Shown here piece by piece: positions 1-12,300 of a stretch of 53,590 nucleotides of DNA. The position numbers were made by a program, and so were the translations under genes. This DNA is from Nemertoderma westbladi (Eukaryota; Animalia; Xenacoelomorpha). Location: the NCBI GenBank assembly GCA_032718475.1, contig JAUCBJ010007859.1:1-53590 (forward strand), read 5' to 3'. The notes under the pieces are model-generated. The model saw nothing but the letters and a program-made list of their open reading frames with translations. It searched no databases and was not told where the DNA came from. How positions within the stretch are numbered: the first letter of the stretch is position 1; the number at the start of each line of letters is the position of its first letter.

Positions 1-241
1 TACCAAGTAATTAAAACAATTTCATACATAATTACTGTACAACCTACCTATAGTGCTTATCATTGATAATGATTTTAATATAAATCGAAATATATTTGCC
101 TATTGAGCTCCGAATATTAAAAACATTTCTATTATTTAATTTCTAACATATTTGTATTTATCCGATACCATTAATAATGTGTACATAAATATAAAATAAA
201 ATAAAACAAATAAAATAATATGGTTATGGAGTCCCTGATGT

Positions 242-1065
242 TTATTGGATTAGGGAGGTGGTCGTAGGAAGAGTCCCTTGTTTACTGTAGTTACCGAATA
301 ATTCTCGGTCTCGTTCCAATAAACATAGGCGACCAACCGAGCGGTTAGTTTCAAAAACAATTCCTGGTTTTTTGTAGTTACGTCGCATGACTATGAGTTC
401 CACCAATCTCACTAAACCATCATCGGATATGTGGGTCTCGATGATACGACCTTTCTGCCACCTCTTATGGGGAAGATCTGATTCCACTATGAGGATATTT
501 TCTTGCTGCGCAAACCACTTTGTTCGAAGCTGCAGTGTAGGAAGTAATATTTTTCGAAATGGTCAGTGAAACTACAGGATAATAACTGCATAAGTTTCCA
601 AGTTTGTCGGCAGTATTCGTCTTCATCTGTTATTTCCGACTGAGGGAGCATGGCTACAGGTTTCTTCAGTAGGAAATGAGCGGGTGTTAGCGCTCTAGGT
701 AGTCTGAACTCGATAAGACTGGCAGTCTCTCGTTGAGATAGGCGGCTATTTCCTCCATTAACGTTCGCAAAAGTTCGTCGGTGAGATACGCGCCTCACGG
801 CACTACGATGTGAAATGCACTCTTCACGCTACGTATGAGTCTCTCCCAACTTCATCCCCACCAAGGGACATCGGTGGTGTTGAAGGTCCAGCTAGATGCT
901 GTTACTCTCAGCTGATCATCCACCCGTCTTTGGTTCCAATCGTTTACTTAAGCTTTGATCTCGTTGTTGGCTCCGATGAAATAGGTACCTTTGTCAGATC
1001 TCATAGTATTGCTAGTCCCAAAACGAGCGATTTGTGTGAAATATCAGTATGAAACTGTTGGTAGA
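242..1065 (-). mobile_element. BEL/Pao LTR-retrotransposon integrase core and C-terminal (DUF5641-like) region, degenerate
   Basis: Minus-strand translation across frameshifts and stops gives STNSFIL..IARFGTSNTMRSDKGTYFIGANNEI, PWWG*SWERLIRSVKSA, LTPAHFL, and WQKGRIIETHISDDGLVRLVEL...RSVGRLCLLE. These are the BEL/Pao integrase signatures. Confidence 0.85.
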
Positions 1066-3165
1066 TCAAAAAGGTGATGGTGCGTTATGAACTACGCGCT
1101 TCACTTCCGAGTTCAACCTCGTCAAATCGACTGTCATGCGTATGCCTCCTGAGGGTTTGGGCACAATGACGCAGGGGTGACACCATTCTGTTGATCTGTC
1201 ACCTATACGCTCAATTATTCCGGTTTTTTCCATATTTGCTAACTCTTCTTTCACTTGTTCACGGTATGCGTACGGAACAGGGCGAGCCGCATACGTAATA
1301 AACGGTGTAGCATTATCTTTCAACTCAATTATCATCTTCTCACTATTCATAGGTTTCAATTCGTCCGATGACGCAAAAACATCTTTGTATTCATTGATAA
1401 ACTTTTGTTTCAACTTATCCATATCAGTGAGGTCGTCTCGAACATTTGAAATTTTGCTAATAATACAATTATTTGAGTTTATTGGTTCTGGAAAGTTTTG
1501 GTGCACGATATTGAGGTTTTTACATGCGTTAAATGAAAGATATACCTCATCCTTTGGTACATCGGAGCAGAATATTACCCGCTCCGTACATTCATTTATA
1601 CCTATTTTTAGTTTCATATCAAAAGATCCTAAACTTGATAGTTTATTTCCATTAACAGATTGAAGATTTTCCTTCATTATTGACAATTTATTTGTCCTTA
1701 TACCAAGTTTCCTTAAGATTTGGGCTCCAGCAACAGTAGCCTGTGCACCTGTATCAGCAACTGTTTTAATACAACCTAGGTGGCTGTTTCCGGTTGTATA
1801 GAAATCAATTGAGATCGTTGGTTTCTCTAATTCATCTCGAATTGGTGCAATGTTTAGTTTAATCACGCCAGTTTGTTTTACTGGACCTTTATGATTGTTG
1901 TATTTTGGTGTCCTACATTTCTTGGCAAGATGACCAGTTCTATGGCATTTATTACATGTCCTTCCACGAGCTTTGCATGGTTTTCCCTCCTCATGGGGCC
2001 ATGGTTCAGCACAACGAAAGCAGTCATTATTGCTCGAATTTTCTGATCCTGAATTATCTCGCCTCGGTGTTTTTGATCGCCATGCAGATCGGTTTCTATC
2101 TGATTTGTAACGAGTTTTATTGCGAGCTCGACCTCGAGTGTTCGCATTTATTGTTTCACTACATTGCGATTTGAACCGCTTGTCGTCTTTTTGAGCAAGT
2201 TCGCGGTTTCTACAGAGAGTTACAGTTTCTTGTAGATTCAATGTCGGTTTCTTAGCCAACAATTCTTGCCGGACCTCATCATCCGTTATACCGCATGTAA
2301 TGAAGGTTGTCAGCCAGTCATCTTCAGACATAGAAGCTAATCCAGCATCCTCAGCTAGCTCACGAAGACGGACGTAAAAATCGTCGAAACTTTCCTTATC
2401 GGATTGTTCACGTCGAACGAGTTTATAACGATCGACTGCGATATTCTGCTGATTTCGTAGATATAGTCGAATTTCCTCCAACACCTCATCGATGTTGAGC
2501 GTTGTATCCTGCTGTATTCCCATCGCATGTTCTACGCGTCGCAGGAAGTTTGGGGAACAATACGACCAAAGAGTAGCGACCTGGTCGCTTCGAGATCGAT
2601 CACCTAATTTCGTAACGTGGCAGTAGTTTATCCACGTTGTCTTCCATTTTTTAAACTCTCCGAATGTGATTTCATCTTCAATTTGGTTTGGAGGTCTCAC
2701 AGTCAGTTTTGTCCCCATCACATCGGTGCGGTTTCCGGTTGCAGTTGTGCGTCGTATTCCTTCCTCATCCCGTCTCCTGGGATTGGAGTCTGGTGGGTGT
2801 TCTCCACTGCGTATCACATTGAGAAATTCACTCATTTGTTCCCGCTGGTGTTCGAATATTCGTTCCATAAAATTTATCATCCCCCGACTGTCGGGTTCGG
2901 TGATAGCGGTTTCGTCGTATTCTCCACCAGTTTCCCCATATTCTTCCTCTGCGTCCTCCTCTGTAGGTGGATTGTTGGTAGGGTTCTTTTTAGCCGCTTT
3001 ATTGTGGCTACGAATCTTCCGGCGCATTTCTTTAGTCGCCGTTCTTTCGTCGTATGTTAAACCGAGAATATCCAATATTTTTTTTAGTTTTACTCGATCG
3101 ATGTCCTCGATGTCATCGTCGGAAAGCAGTAGTATTTCGGAACGGGTTTCAACGAACTGCGCCAT
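1066..3165 (-). CDS. Ty3/Gypsy (Mag-like) gag-protease-RT polyprotein, 3'-truncated at the start of RT
   Basis: The 699-aa ORF contains a gag core, a double Zn knuckle (CFRC..H..C / CNKCHRTGHLAKKC), the aspartic protease motif ADTGAQATV, and the RT start WCHPCVIVPKPSGGIRMTVDLTRLN. It ends before YxDD. Confidence 0.9.
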   Translation of the reverse strand: MAQFVETRSEILLLSDDDIEDIDRVKLKKILDILGLTYDERTATKEMRRKIRSHNKAAKKNPTNNPPTEEDAEEEYGETGGEYDETAITEPDSRGMINFMERIFEHQREQMSEFLNVIRSGEHPPDSNPRRRDEEGIRRTTATGNRTDVMGTKLTVRPPNQIEDEITFGEFKKWKTTWINYCHVTKLGDRSRSDQVATLWSYCSPNFLRRVEHAMGIQQDTTLNIDEVLEEIRLYLRNQQNIAVDRYKLVRREQSDKESFDDFYVRLRELAEDAGLASMSEDDWLTTFITCGITDDEVRQELLAKKPTLNLQETVTLCRNRELAQKDDKRFKSQCSETINANTRGRARNKTRYKSDRNRSAWRSKTPRRDNSGSENSSNNDCFRCAEPWPHEEGKPCKARGRTCNKCHRTGHLAKKCRTPKYNNHKGPVKQTGVIKLNIAPIRDELEKPTISIDFYTTGNSHLGCIKTVADTGAQATVAGAQILRKLGIRTNKLSIMKENLQSVNGNKLSSLGSFDMKLKIGINECTERVIFCSDVPKDEVYLSFNACKNLNIVHQNFPEPINSNNCIISKISNVRDDLTDMDKLKQKFINEYKDVFASSDELKPMNSEKMIIELKDNATPFITYAARPVPYAYREQVKEELANMEKTGIIERIGDRSTEWCHPCVIVPKPSGGIRMTVDLTRLNSEVKRVVHNAPSPF
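3153..3164 (-). promoter_or_regulatory. Primer-binding site of the Gypsy element (TGGCGCAG..., possibly tRNA-Ser primed)
   Basis: Minus strand reads LTR-end ...ATAACA, then TAACA, then TGGCGCAGTTCG; TGG is complementary to the tRNA CCA end. The tRNA identity is an inference. Confidence 0.65.
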
Positions 3166-3169
3166 GTTA

Positions 3170-3382
3170 TGTTATATGAATATATGGAAATCTATATAAA
3201 CATTACGACATTATAATATTATTATTAGAACTTCATTATGTAGGTTAGCAACACATGCATACCGGCACCACAGTACTAAAGCACTATGACAGTATCAGAC
3301 ATATTGGTAGGCCTAGCCTAAACAACAATATAGATATGTAACAATAGCGGTACCGGTAAAGATATATATCAGATATATAACA
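3170..3382 (-). mobile_element. Gypsy 5' LTR (213 bp)
   Basis: Bounded by 8-bp inverted termini TGTTATAT (3170-3177) and ATATAACA (3375-3382), 5 nt from the PBS. No second LTR is present in the window. Confidence 0.75.
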
Positions 3383-6300
3383 TAAACCTTTCCATTACCG
3401 TTACGTTAAGTTTCCATAAACCTTTCCGTTACCGTTACATTAAGTTTCCGTAAACCTTTCCGTTACCGTTACGTTACCTTTCCGTAAACCTTTCCGTTAC
3501 CGTTACGTTACCGTTACGTTACCTTTCCGTAAACCTTTCCGTTACCGTTACGTTACGTTACCTTTCCGTAAACCTTTCCGTTACCGTTACGTTACCATTA
3601 CCGTAAACCTTTCCGTTACCGTTACGTTACCTTTCCGTAAACCTTTCCGTTACCATTACATTACCTTTCCGTAAACCTTTCCGTTACCGTTACGTTACCT
3701 TTCCGTAAACCTTTCCGTTGCCGTTACGTTACGTTACCTTTCCGTAAACCTTTCCGTTACCGTTACGTTACCTTTCCGTAAACCTTTCCATTACCGTTAC
3801 GTTACCTTTCCGTAAACCTTACCATTACATTACGTTACCTTTCCGTTACTGTTACCGTAAACCTTTCCGTTACCATTACATTACCTTTCCGTAAACCTTT
3901 CCGTTACCGTTACGTTACCTTTCCATAAACCTTTCCGTTACCGTTACGTTAACTTTCCGTAAACCTTTCCATTACCGTTATGTTACGTTACCTTTCCGTT
4001 ACTGTTACCGTAAACCTTTCCGTTACTGTTACGTTACCTTTCCGTAAACCTTTCCGTTACTGTTACGTTACCTTTCCGTTACCGTTACGTTACCTTTCCG
4101 TAAACCTTTCCGTTACCGTTACGTTACCTTTCCGTAAACCTTTCCGTTACCGTTACGTTAGGTTACCTTTCCGTAAACCTTTCCGTTACCGTTACGTTAC
4201 CTTTCCGTAAACCTTTCCCTTACCGTTACGTTAACTTTCCGTAAACCTTTCCGTTACCATTACGTTACCTTTCCGTAAACCTTTCCGTTGCCGTTACGTT
4301 ACGTTACCTTTCCGTAAACCTTTCCGTTACCGTTACGTTACCTTTCCGTAAACCTTTCCCTTACCATTACGTTAACTTTCCGTAAACCTTTCCGTTACCA
4401 TTACGTTACCTTTCCGTAAACCTTTCCGTTACCGTTACGTTACGTTACCTTTCCGTAAACCTTTCCGTTACCGTTACGTTACCTTTCCGTAAACCTTTCC
4501 GTTACCGTTACGTTACCTTTCCATAAACCTTTCCGTTACCATTACGTTACGTTATGTTACCTTTCCGTAAACCTTTCCGTTACCGTTACGTTACCTTTCC
4601 GTAAACCTTTCCGTTACCGTTACGTCACCTTTCCGTAAACCTTTCTGTTACCGTTACATTACGTTACCTTTCCGTAAACCTTTCCGTTACCGTTACGTTA
4701 CCTTTCCGTTACCGTTACGTTACGTTACCCTTCCGTTACAGTTACGTTACCTTTCCGTAAACCTTTCCATTACCGTTACGTTACCTTTCCGTAAACCTTT
4801 CCGTTGCCGTTACGTTACGTTACCTTTCCGTAAACCTTTCCATTACCGTTACGTTACGTTATGTTACCTTTCCGTAAACCTTTCCGTTACGTTACCTTTC
4901 TGTAAACCTTTCCATTGCCGTTACGTTACCTTTCCGTAAACCTTTCCCTTACCGTTACGTTAACTTTCCGTAAACCTTTCCGTTACCGTTACATTACCTT
5001 TCAGTAAACCTTTCCGTTACCGTTACGTTACGTTACCTTTCCGTTACCTTTCCGTAAACCTTTCCATTACCGATACGTTACCTTTCAGTAAACCTTTCCG
5101 TTACCGTTACGTTACGTTACCTTTCCATTACAGTTACGTTACCTTTCCGTAAACCTTTCCGTTACCATTAGGTTACCTTTCCGTAAACCTTTCCGTTGCC
5201 GTTACGTTACATTACCTTTCCGTAAACCTTTCCGTTACCGTTACGTTACCTTTCCGTAAACCTTTCCCTTACCGTTACGTTACCTTTCCGTAAACCTTTC
5301 CGTTACCGTTACGTTACCTTTCCGTTACCTTTCCGTAAACCTTTCCGTTACCGATACGTTACCTTTCAGTAAACCTTTCCGTTACCGTTACGTTACGTTA
5401 CCTTTCCATTACAGTTACGTTACCTTTCCGTAAACCTTTCCGTTACCGTTACGTTACCTTTCCGTAAACCTTTCCATTGCCGTTACGTTACGTTATCTTT
5501 CCGTAAACCTTTCCGTTACCGTTACGTTACCTTTCCGTAACCTTTCCGTTGCCATTACGTTACATTACCTTTCCGTAAACCTTTCCATTACCGTTACGTT
5601 ACCTTTCCGTAAACCTTTCCCTTACCGTTACGTTACCTTTCCGTAAACCTTTCCGTTACTGTTACGTTACCTTTCCGTTACCGTTACGTTACCTTTCCGT
5701 AAACCTTTCCGTTGCCGTTACGTTACCTTTCCATAAACCTTTCCGTTGCCATTACATTACCTTTCCGTTACCGTTACGTTACCTTTCCGTAAACCTTTCC
5801 GTTGCCGTTACGTTACCTTTCCGTAAACCTTTCCCTTACCGTTACGTTAACTTTCCGTAAACCTTTCCGTTACCGTTACGTTACCTTTCCGTTAACCTTT
5901 CCGTAACCGTTACGTTACCTTTCCGTTACCGTTACGTTACCTTTCCGTAAACCTTTCCGTTACCATTACGTTACGTTACCTTTCCATTACCGTTACGTTA
6001 CCTTTCCGTTACCGTTACGTCACCTTTCCGTAAACCTTTCCGTTACCGTTACGTTACGTTACCTTTCCGTAAACCTTTCCGTTACCGTTCCGTTACCTTT
6101 CCGTAAACCTTTCCATTACCGTTACGTTACGTTACCTTTCCGTAAACCTTTCCGTTACTGTTACGTTACCTTTCCGTAAACCTTTCCGTTACCGTTACGT
6201 TACGTTACCTTTCCGTAAACCTTTCCGTTACCGTTACGTTACCTTTCCGTAAACCTTTCCGTTACCGTTACGTTACCTTTCCGTAAACCTTTCCGTTACC

Positions 6301-9300
6301 GTTACGTTAGGTTACCTTTCCGTAAACCTTTCCGTTACCGTTACGTTACCTTTCCGTAAACCTTTCCCTTACCGTTACGTTAACTTTCCGTAAACCTTTC
6401 CGTTACCATTATGTTACCTTTCCGTAAACCTTTCCGTTGCCGTTACGTTACGTTACCTTTCCGTAAACCTTTCCATTACCGTTACGTTACCTTTCCGTAA
6501 ACCTTTCCCTTACCGTTACGTTAACTTTCCGTAAACCTTTCCGTTACCATTACGTTACCTTTCCGTAAACCTTTCCGTTACCGTTACGTTACGTTACCTT
6601 TCCGTAAACCTTTCCATTACCGTTACGTTACCTTTCCGTAAACCTTTCCGTTACCGTTACGTTACCTTTCCGTAAACCTTTCCGTTACCATTACGTTACG
6701 TTACCTTTCCGTAAACCTTTCCGTTACCATTACGTTACCTTTCCGTAAACCTTTCCCTTACCGTTACGTTAACTTTCCGTAAACCTTTCCGTTACTGTTA
6801 CGTTACCTTTCCGTAAACCTTTCCGTTACCGTTATGTTACCTTTCCGTAAACCTTTCCCTTACTGTTACGTTAACTTTCCGTAAACCTTTCCGTTACCGT
6901 TACGTTACGTTATGTTACCTTTCCGTAAACCTTTCCGTTACCGTTACGTTACCTTTCCGTAAACCTTTCCGTTACCGTTACGTTACCTTTCCGTTACCGT
7001 TACGTTACCTTTCCGTAAACCTTTCCGTTACCGTTACGTTACGTTACCGTTACGTTAACTTTCCGTAAACCTTTCCGTTACCGTTACGTTACGTTATGTT
7101 ACCTTTCCGTAAACCTTTCCGTTACTGTTACGTTACCTTTCTGTAAACCTTTCCGTTACCGTTACGTCACCTTTCCGTTACCGTTACGTTACGTTACCTT
7201 TCCGTAAACCTTTCCGTTACCATTACGTTACCTTTCCGTTACCGTTACGTTACGTTACCCTTCCGTTACAGTTACGTTACCTTTCCGTAAACCTTTCCGT
7301 TACCGTTACGTTACCTTTCCGTAAACCTTTCCTTTGCCGTTACGTTACGTTACCTTTCCGTAAACCTTTCCGTTACCGTTACGTTACGTTATGTTACCTT
7401 TCCGTAAACCTTTCCGTTGCCGTTACGTTACCTTTCCATAAACCTTTCCATTGCCATTACGTTACCTTTCAGTAAACCTTTCCCTTACCGTTATGTTAAC
7501 TTTCCGTAAACCTTTCCGTTGCCGTTACGTTATGTTACCTTTCCGTAAACCTTTCCGTTACCGTTACGTTACCGTTACCATAAACCTTTCCGTTACCGTT
7601 ACGTTACCTTTCAGTAAACCTTTCCCTTACCGTTACGTTAACTTTCCGTAAACCTTACCGTTACCGTTACGTTACGTTATGTTACCTTTCCGTAAACCTT
7701 TCCGTTACCGTTACGTTACCTTTCCGTAAACCTTTCCCTTACCGTTACGTTACCGTTACCATAAACCTTTCCGTTACCGTTACGTTACCTTTCCGTAAAC
7801 CTTTCCGTTTCCATTGCCGTTACGTTACCTTTCCGTAAACCTTTCCCTTACCGTTACGGTAACTTTCCGTAAACCTTTCCGTTACTGTTACGTTACCTTT
7901 CCGTAAACCTTTCCGTTACCGTTACGTTACCGTTACCATAAATCTGTCCATTACCATTACGTTACCTTTCCGTAAACCTTTCCGTTACCGTTACGTTATG
8001 TTACCTTTCCGTAAACCTTTCCGTTACCGTTACGTTACCTTTCCGTAAACCTTTCCCTTACCATTACGTTACCTTTCGGTAAACCTTTCCGTTACCGTTA
8101 CGTTACCTTTCCGTAAACCTTTCCCTTACCGTTACGTTAACTTTCCGTAAACCTTTCGTTACCATTACGTTACGTTATGTTACCTTTCCGTAAACCTTTC
8201 CGTTACTGTTACGTTACCTTTCCGTAAACCTTTCCGTTACCGTTACGTTACCTTTCCGTAAACCTTTCCCTTACCGTTACGTTAACTTTCCGTAAACCTT
8301 TCCGTTACCGTTACGTTACGTTATGTTACCTTTCCGTAAACCTTTCCGTTACCGTTACGTTACCTTTCTGTAAACCTTTCCGTTACCGTTACGTTACCTT
8401 TCCGTTACCGTTACGTTACCTTTCCGCAAACCTTTCCGTTACCGTTACGTTACGTTACCTTTCCATTACCGTTACGTTAACTCTCCGTAAACCTTTCCGT
8501 TACCGTTACGTTACGTTATGTTACCTTTCCGTAAACCTTTCCGTTACCGTTACGTTACCTTTCCGTAAACCTTTCCGTTACCGTTACGTCACCTTTCCGT
8601 AAACCTTTCCGTTACCGTTACGTTACGTTACCTTTCCGTAAACCTTTCCGTTACCATTACGTTACCTTTCCGTTACCGTTACGTTACGTTACCCTTCCGT
8701 TACAGTTACGTTACCTTTCCGTAAACCTTTCCATTACCGTTACATTACCTTTCCGTAAACCTTTCCGTTGCCGTTACGTTACGTTACCTTTCCGTAAACC
8801 TTTCCATTACCGTTACGTTACGTTATGTTACCTTTCCGTAAACCTTTCCGTTACGTTACCTTTCTGTAAACCTTTCCATTGCCATTACGTTACCTTTCAG
8901 TAAACCTTTCCCTTACCGTTACGTTAACTTTCCGTAAACCTTTCCGTTGCCGTTACGTTACGTTACCTTTCCGTAAACCTTTCCGTTACCGTTACGTTAC
9001 CGTTACCATAAACCTTTCCGTTACCGTTACGTTACCTTTCAGTAAACCTTTCCCTTACCGTTACGTTAACTTTCCGTAAACCTTACCGTTACCGTTACGT
9101 TACGTTATGTTACCTTTCCGTAAACCTTTCCGTTACCGTTACGTTACCTTTCCGTAAACCTTTCCCTTACCATTACGTTACCGTTACCATAAACCTTTCC
9201 GTTACCGTTACGTTACCTTTCAGTAAACCTTTCCGTTTCCGTTGCCGTTACGTTACCTTTCCGTAAACCTTTCCCTTACCGTTACGTTAACTTTCCGTAA

Positions 9301-12300
9301 ACCTTTCCATTACTGTTACGTTACCTTTCCGTAAACCTTTCCGTTACCGTTACGTTACCGTTACAATAAACCTTTCCGTTACCGTTACGTTACCTTTCCG
9401 TAAACCTTTCCGTTACGTTACGTTATGTTACCTTTCCGTAAACCTTTCCGTTACCGTTACATTACCTTTCCGTAAACCTTTCCGTTACCGTTACGTTATG
9501 TTACCTTTCCGTAAACCTTTCCGTTACGTTACGTTACCTTTCCGTAAACCTTTCCCTTACCGTTACGTTAACTTTCCGTAAACCTTTCCGTTACTGTTAC
9601 GTTACCTTTCCGTAAACCTTTCCGTTACCGTTACGTTACCGTTACCATAAACCTTTCCGTTACCGTTACGTTACCTTTCCGTAAACCTTTCCGTTACCGT
9701 TACGTTATGTTACCTTTCCGTAAACCTTTCCCTTACCGTTACGTTACCTTTCTGTTACCGTTACGTTACCTTTCCGTAAACCTTTCCGTTACCGTTACGT
9801 TACCTTTCCGTTACCGTTACGTTACCTTTCCATTACCGTTACGTTACCTTTCCGTAAACCTTTCCCTTACCGTTACGTTACCTTTCCGTAAACCTTTCCA
9901 TTACCGTTACGTTACCTTTCCGTAAACCTTTCCGTTACCATTACGTTACCTTTCCGTAAACCTTTCCGTTACCGTTACGTTACGTTACCTTTCCGTAAAC
10001 CTTTCCGTTACCGTTACGTTACCTTTCCGTAAACCTTTCCCTTACCGTTACGTTAACTTTCCGTTACCGTTACGTTACCTTTCCGTAAACCTTTCCGTTA
10101 CCATTACGTTACTTTTCCGTTAGCGTTACGTTACCTTTCCGTAAACCTTTCCGTTACCATTACCTTACCTTTCCGTTACCGTTACGTTACCTTTCCGTAA
10201 ACCTTTCCCTTACCGTTACGTTACCTTTCCGTTACCGTTACGTTACGTTACCTTTCCGTTACAGTTACGTTACCTTTCCGTTACAGTTACGTTACCTTTC
10301 CGTAAACCTTTCCCTTACCGTTACGTTACCTTTCCGTAAACCTTTCCGTTGCCGTTACGTTACCGTTACTTTACCTTTCCGTTACCGTTACGTTACCTTT
10401 CCGTTACCGTTACGTTACCTTTCCGTAAACCTTTCCCTTACCGTTACGTTACCTTTCCGTAAACCTTTCCCTTACCGTTACGTTACCTTTCCGTAAACCT
10501 TTCCGTTGCCGTTACGTTACCTTTCCGTAAACTTTCCGTAAACGTTTCCCTTACCGTTACGTTACCTTTCCGTAAACCTTTCCCTTACCGTTACGTTACC
10601 TTTCCGTAAACCTTTCCCTTACTGTTACGTTAACTTTCCGTAAACCTTTCCGTTACCGTTACGTTACGTTATGTTACCTTTCCGTAAACCTTTCCCTTAC
10701 CGTTACGTTACCTTTCCGTAAACCTTTCCATTACCGTTACGTTACCTTTCCGTAAACCTTTCCGTTACCATTACGTTACCTTTCCGTAAACCTTTCCGTT
10801 ACCGTTACGTTACGTTACCTTTCCGTAAACCTTTCCGTTATTGTTACGTTACCTTTCCGTAAACCTTTCCGTTACCGTTACGTTACCTTTCCGTAAACCT
10901 TTCCGTAAACCTTTCCATAAACCTTTCCGTAAACCTTTCCGTTACCGTTACGTTACCTTTCCGTAAACCTTTCCGTTACCGTTACGTTACCTTTCCGTAA
11001 ACCTTTCCATTGCCGTTATGTTACATTACCTTTCCGTAAACCTTTCCGTTACCGTTACGTTACCTTTCCGTAAACCTTTCCCTTACCGTTACGTTACCTT
11101 TCCGTAAACCTTTCCGTTACCGTTACGTTACCTTTCCGTAAACCTTTCCCTTACCGTTACGTTACCTTTCCGTAAACCTTTCCGTTACCGTTACGTTACC
11201 TTTCCGTAAACCTTTCCGTTACTGTTACGTTACCTTTCTGTAAACCTTTCCGTTACCGTTACGTTACCTTTCCGTAAACCTTTCCGTTGCTGTTACGTTA
11301 CCTTTCCATAAACCTTTCCGTTACTGTTATGTTACATTACCTTTCCGTAAACCTTTCCGTTACCGTTACGTTACCTTTCCGTAAACCTTTCCCTTACCGT
11401 TACGTTACCTTTCCGTAAACCTTTCCGTTACCGTTACGTTACCTTTCCGTAAACCTTTCCGTTACCGTTACGTTACCTTTCCGTAAACCTTTCCGTTACT
11501 GTTACGTTACCTTTCCGTAAACCTTTCCGTTACCGTTACGTTACCTTTCCGTAAACCTTTCCGTTGCTGTTACGTTACCTTTCCATAAACCTTTCCCTTA
11601 CTGTTACGTTACCTTTCCGTTACCGTTACGTTACCTTTCCGTAAACCTTTCCCTTACCATTACGTTACCTTTCCGTTACCGTTACGTTACCTTTCTGTAA
11701 ACCTTTCTGTTACCGTTACGTTACCTTTCCGTAAACCTTTCCGTTACCATTACGTTACCTTTCCGTAAACCTTTCCCTTACCATTACGTTACCTTTCCGT
11801 AAACCTTTCCCTTACCGTTACGTTACCTTTCCGTAAACCTTTCCGTTACCGTTATGTTACCTTTCCGTAAACCTTTCCGTTACTGTTACGTTACCTTTCT
11901 GTAAACCTTTCCGTTACCGTTATGTTACCTTTCCGTAAACCTTTCCATTGCCGTTACATTACATTACCTTTCCGTAAACCTTTCCGTTACCGTTACGTTA
12001 CCTTTCCGTAAACCTTTCCCTTACCGTTACGTTACCTTTCCGTAAACCTTTCCGTTACCGTTATGTTACCTTTCCGTAAACCTTTCCGTTACTGTTACGT
12101 TACCTTTCTGTAAACCTTTCCGTTACCGTTATGTTACCTTTCCGTAAACCTTTCCATTGCCGTTACGTTACATTACCTTTCCGTAAACCTTTCCGTTACC
12201 GTTACGTTACCTTTCCGTAAACCTTTCCCTTACCGTTACGTTACCTTTCCGTTACCGTTACATTACCTTTCTGTTGCCGTTACGTTACCTTTCCGTAAAC

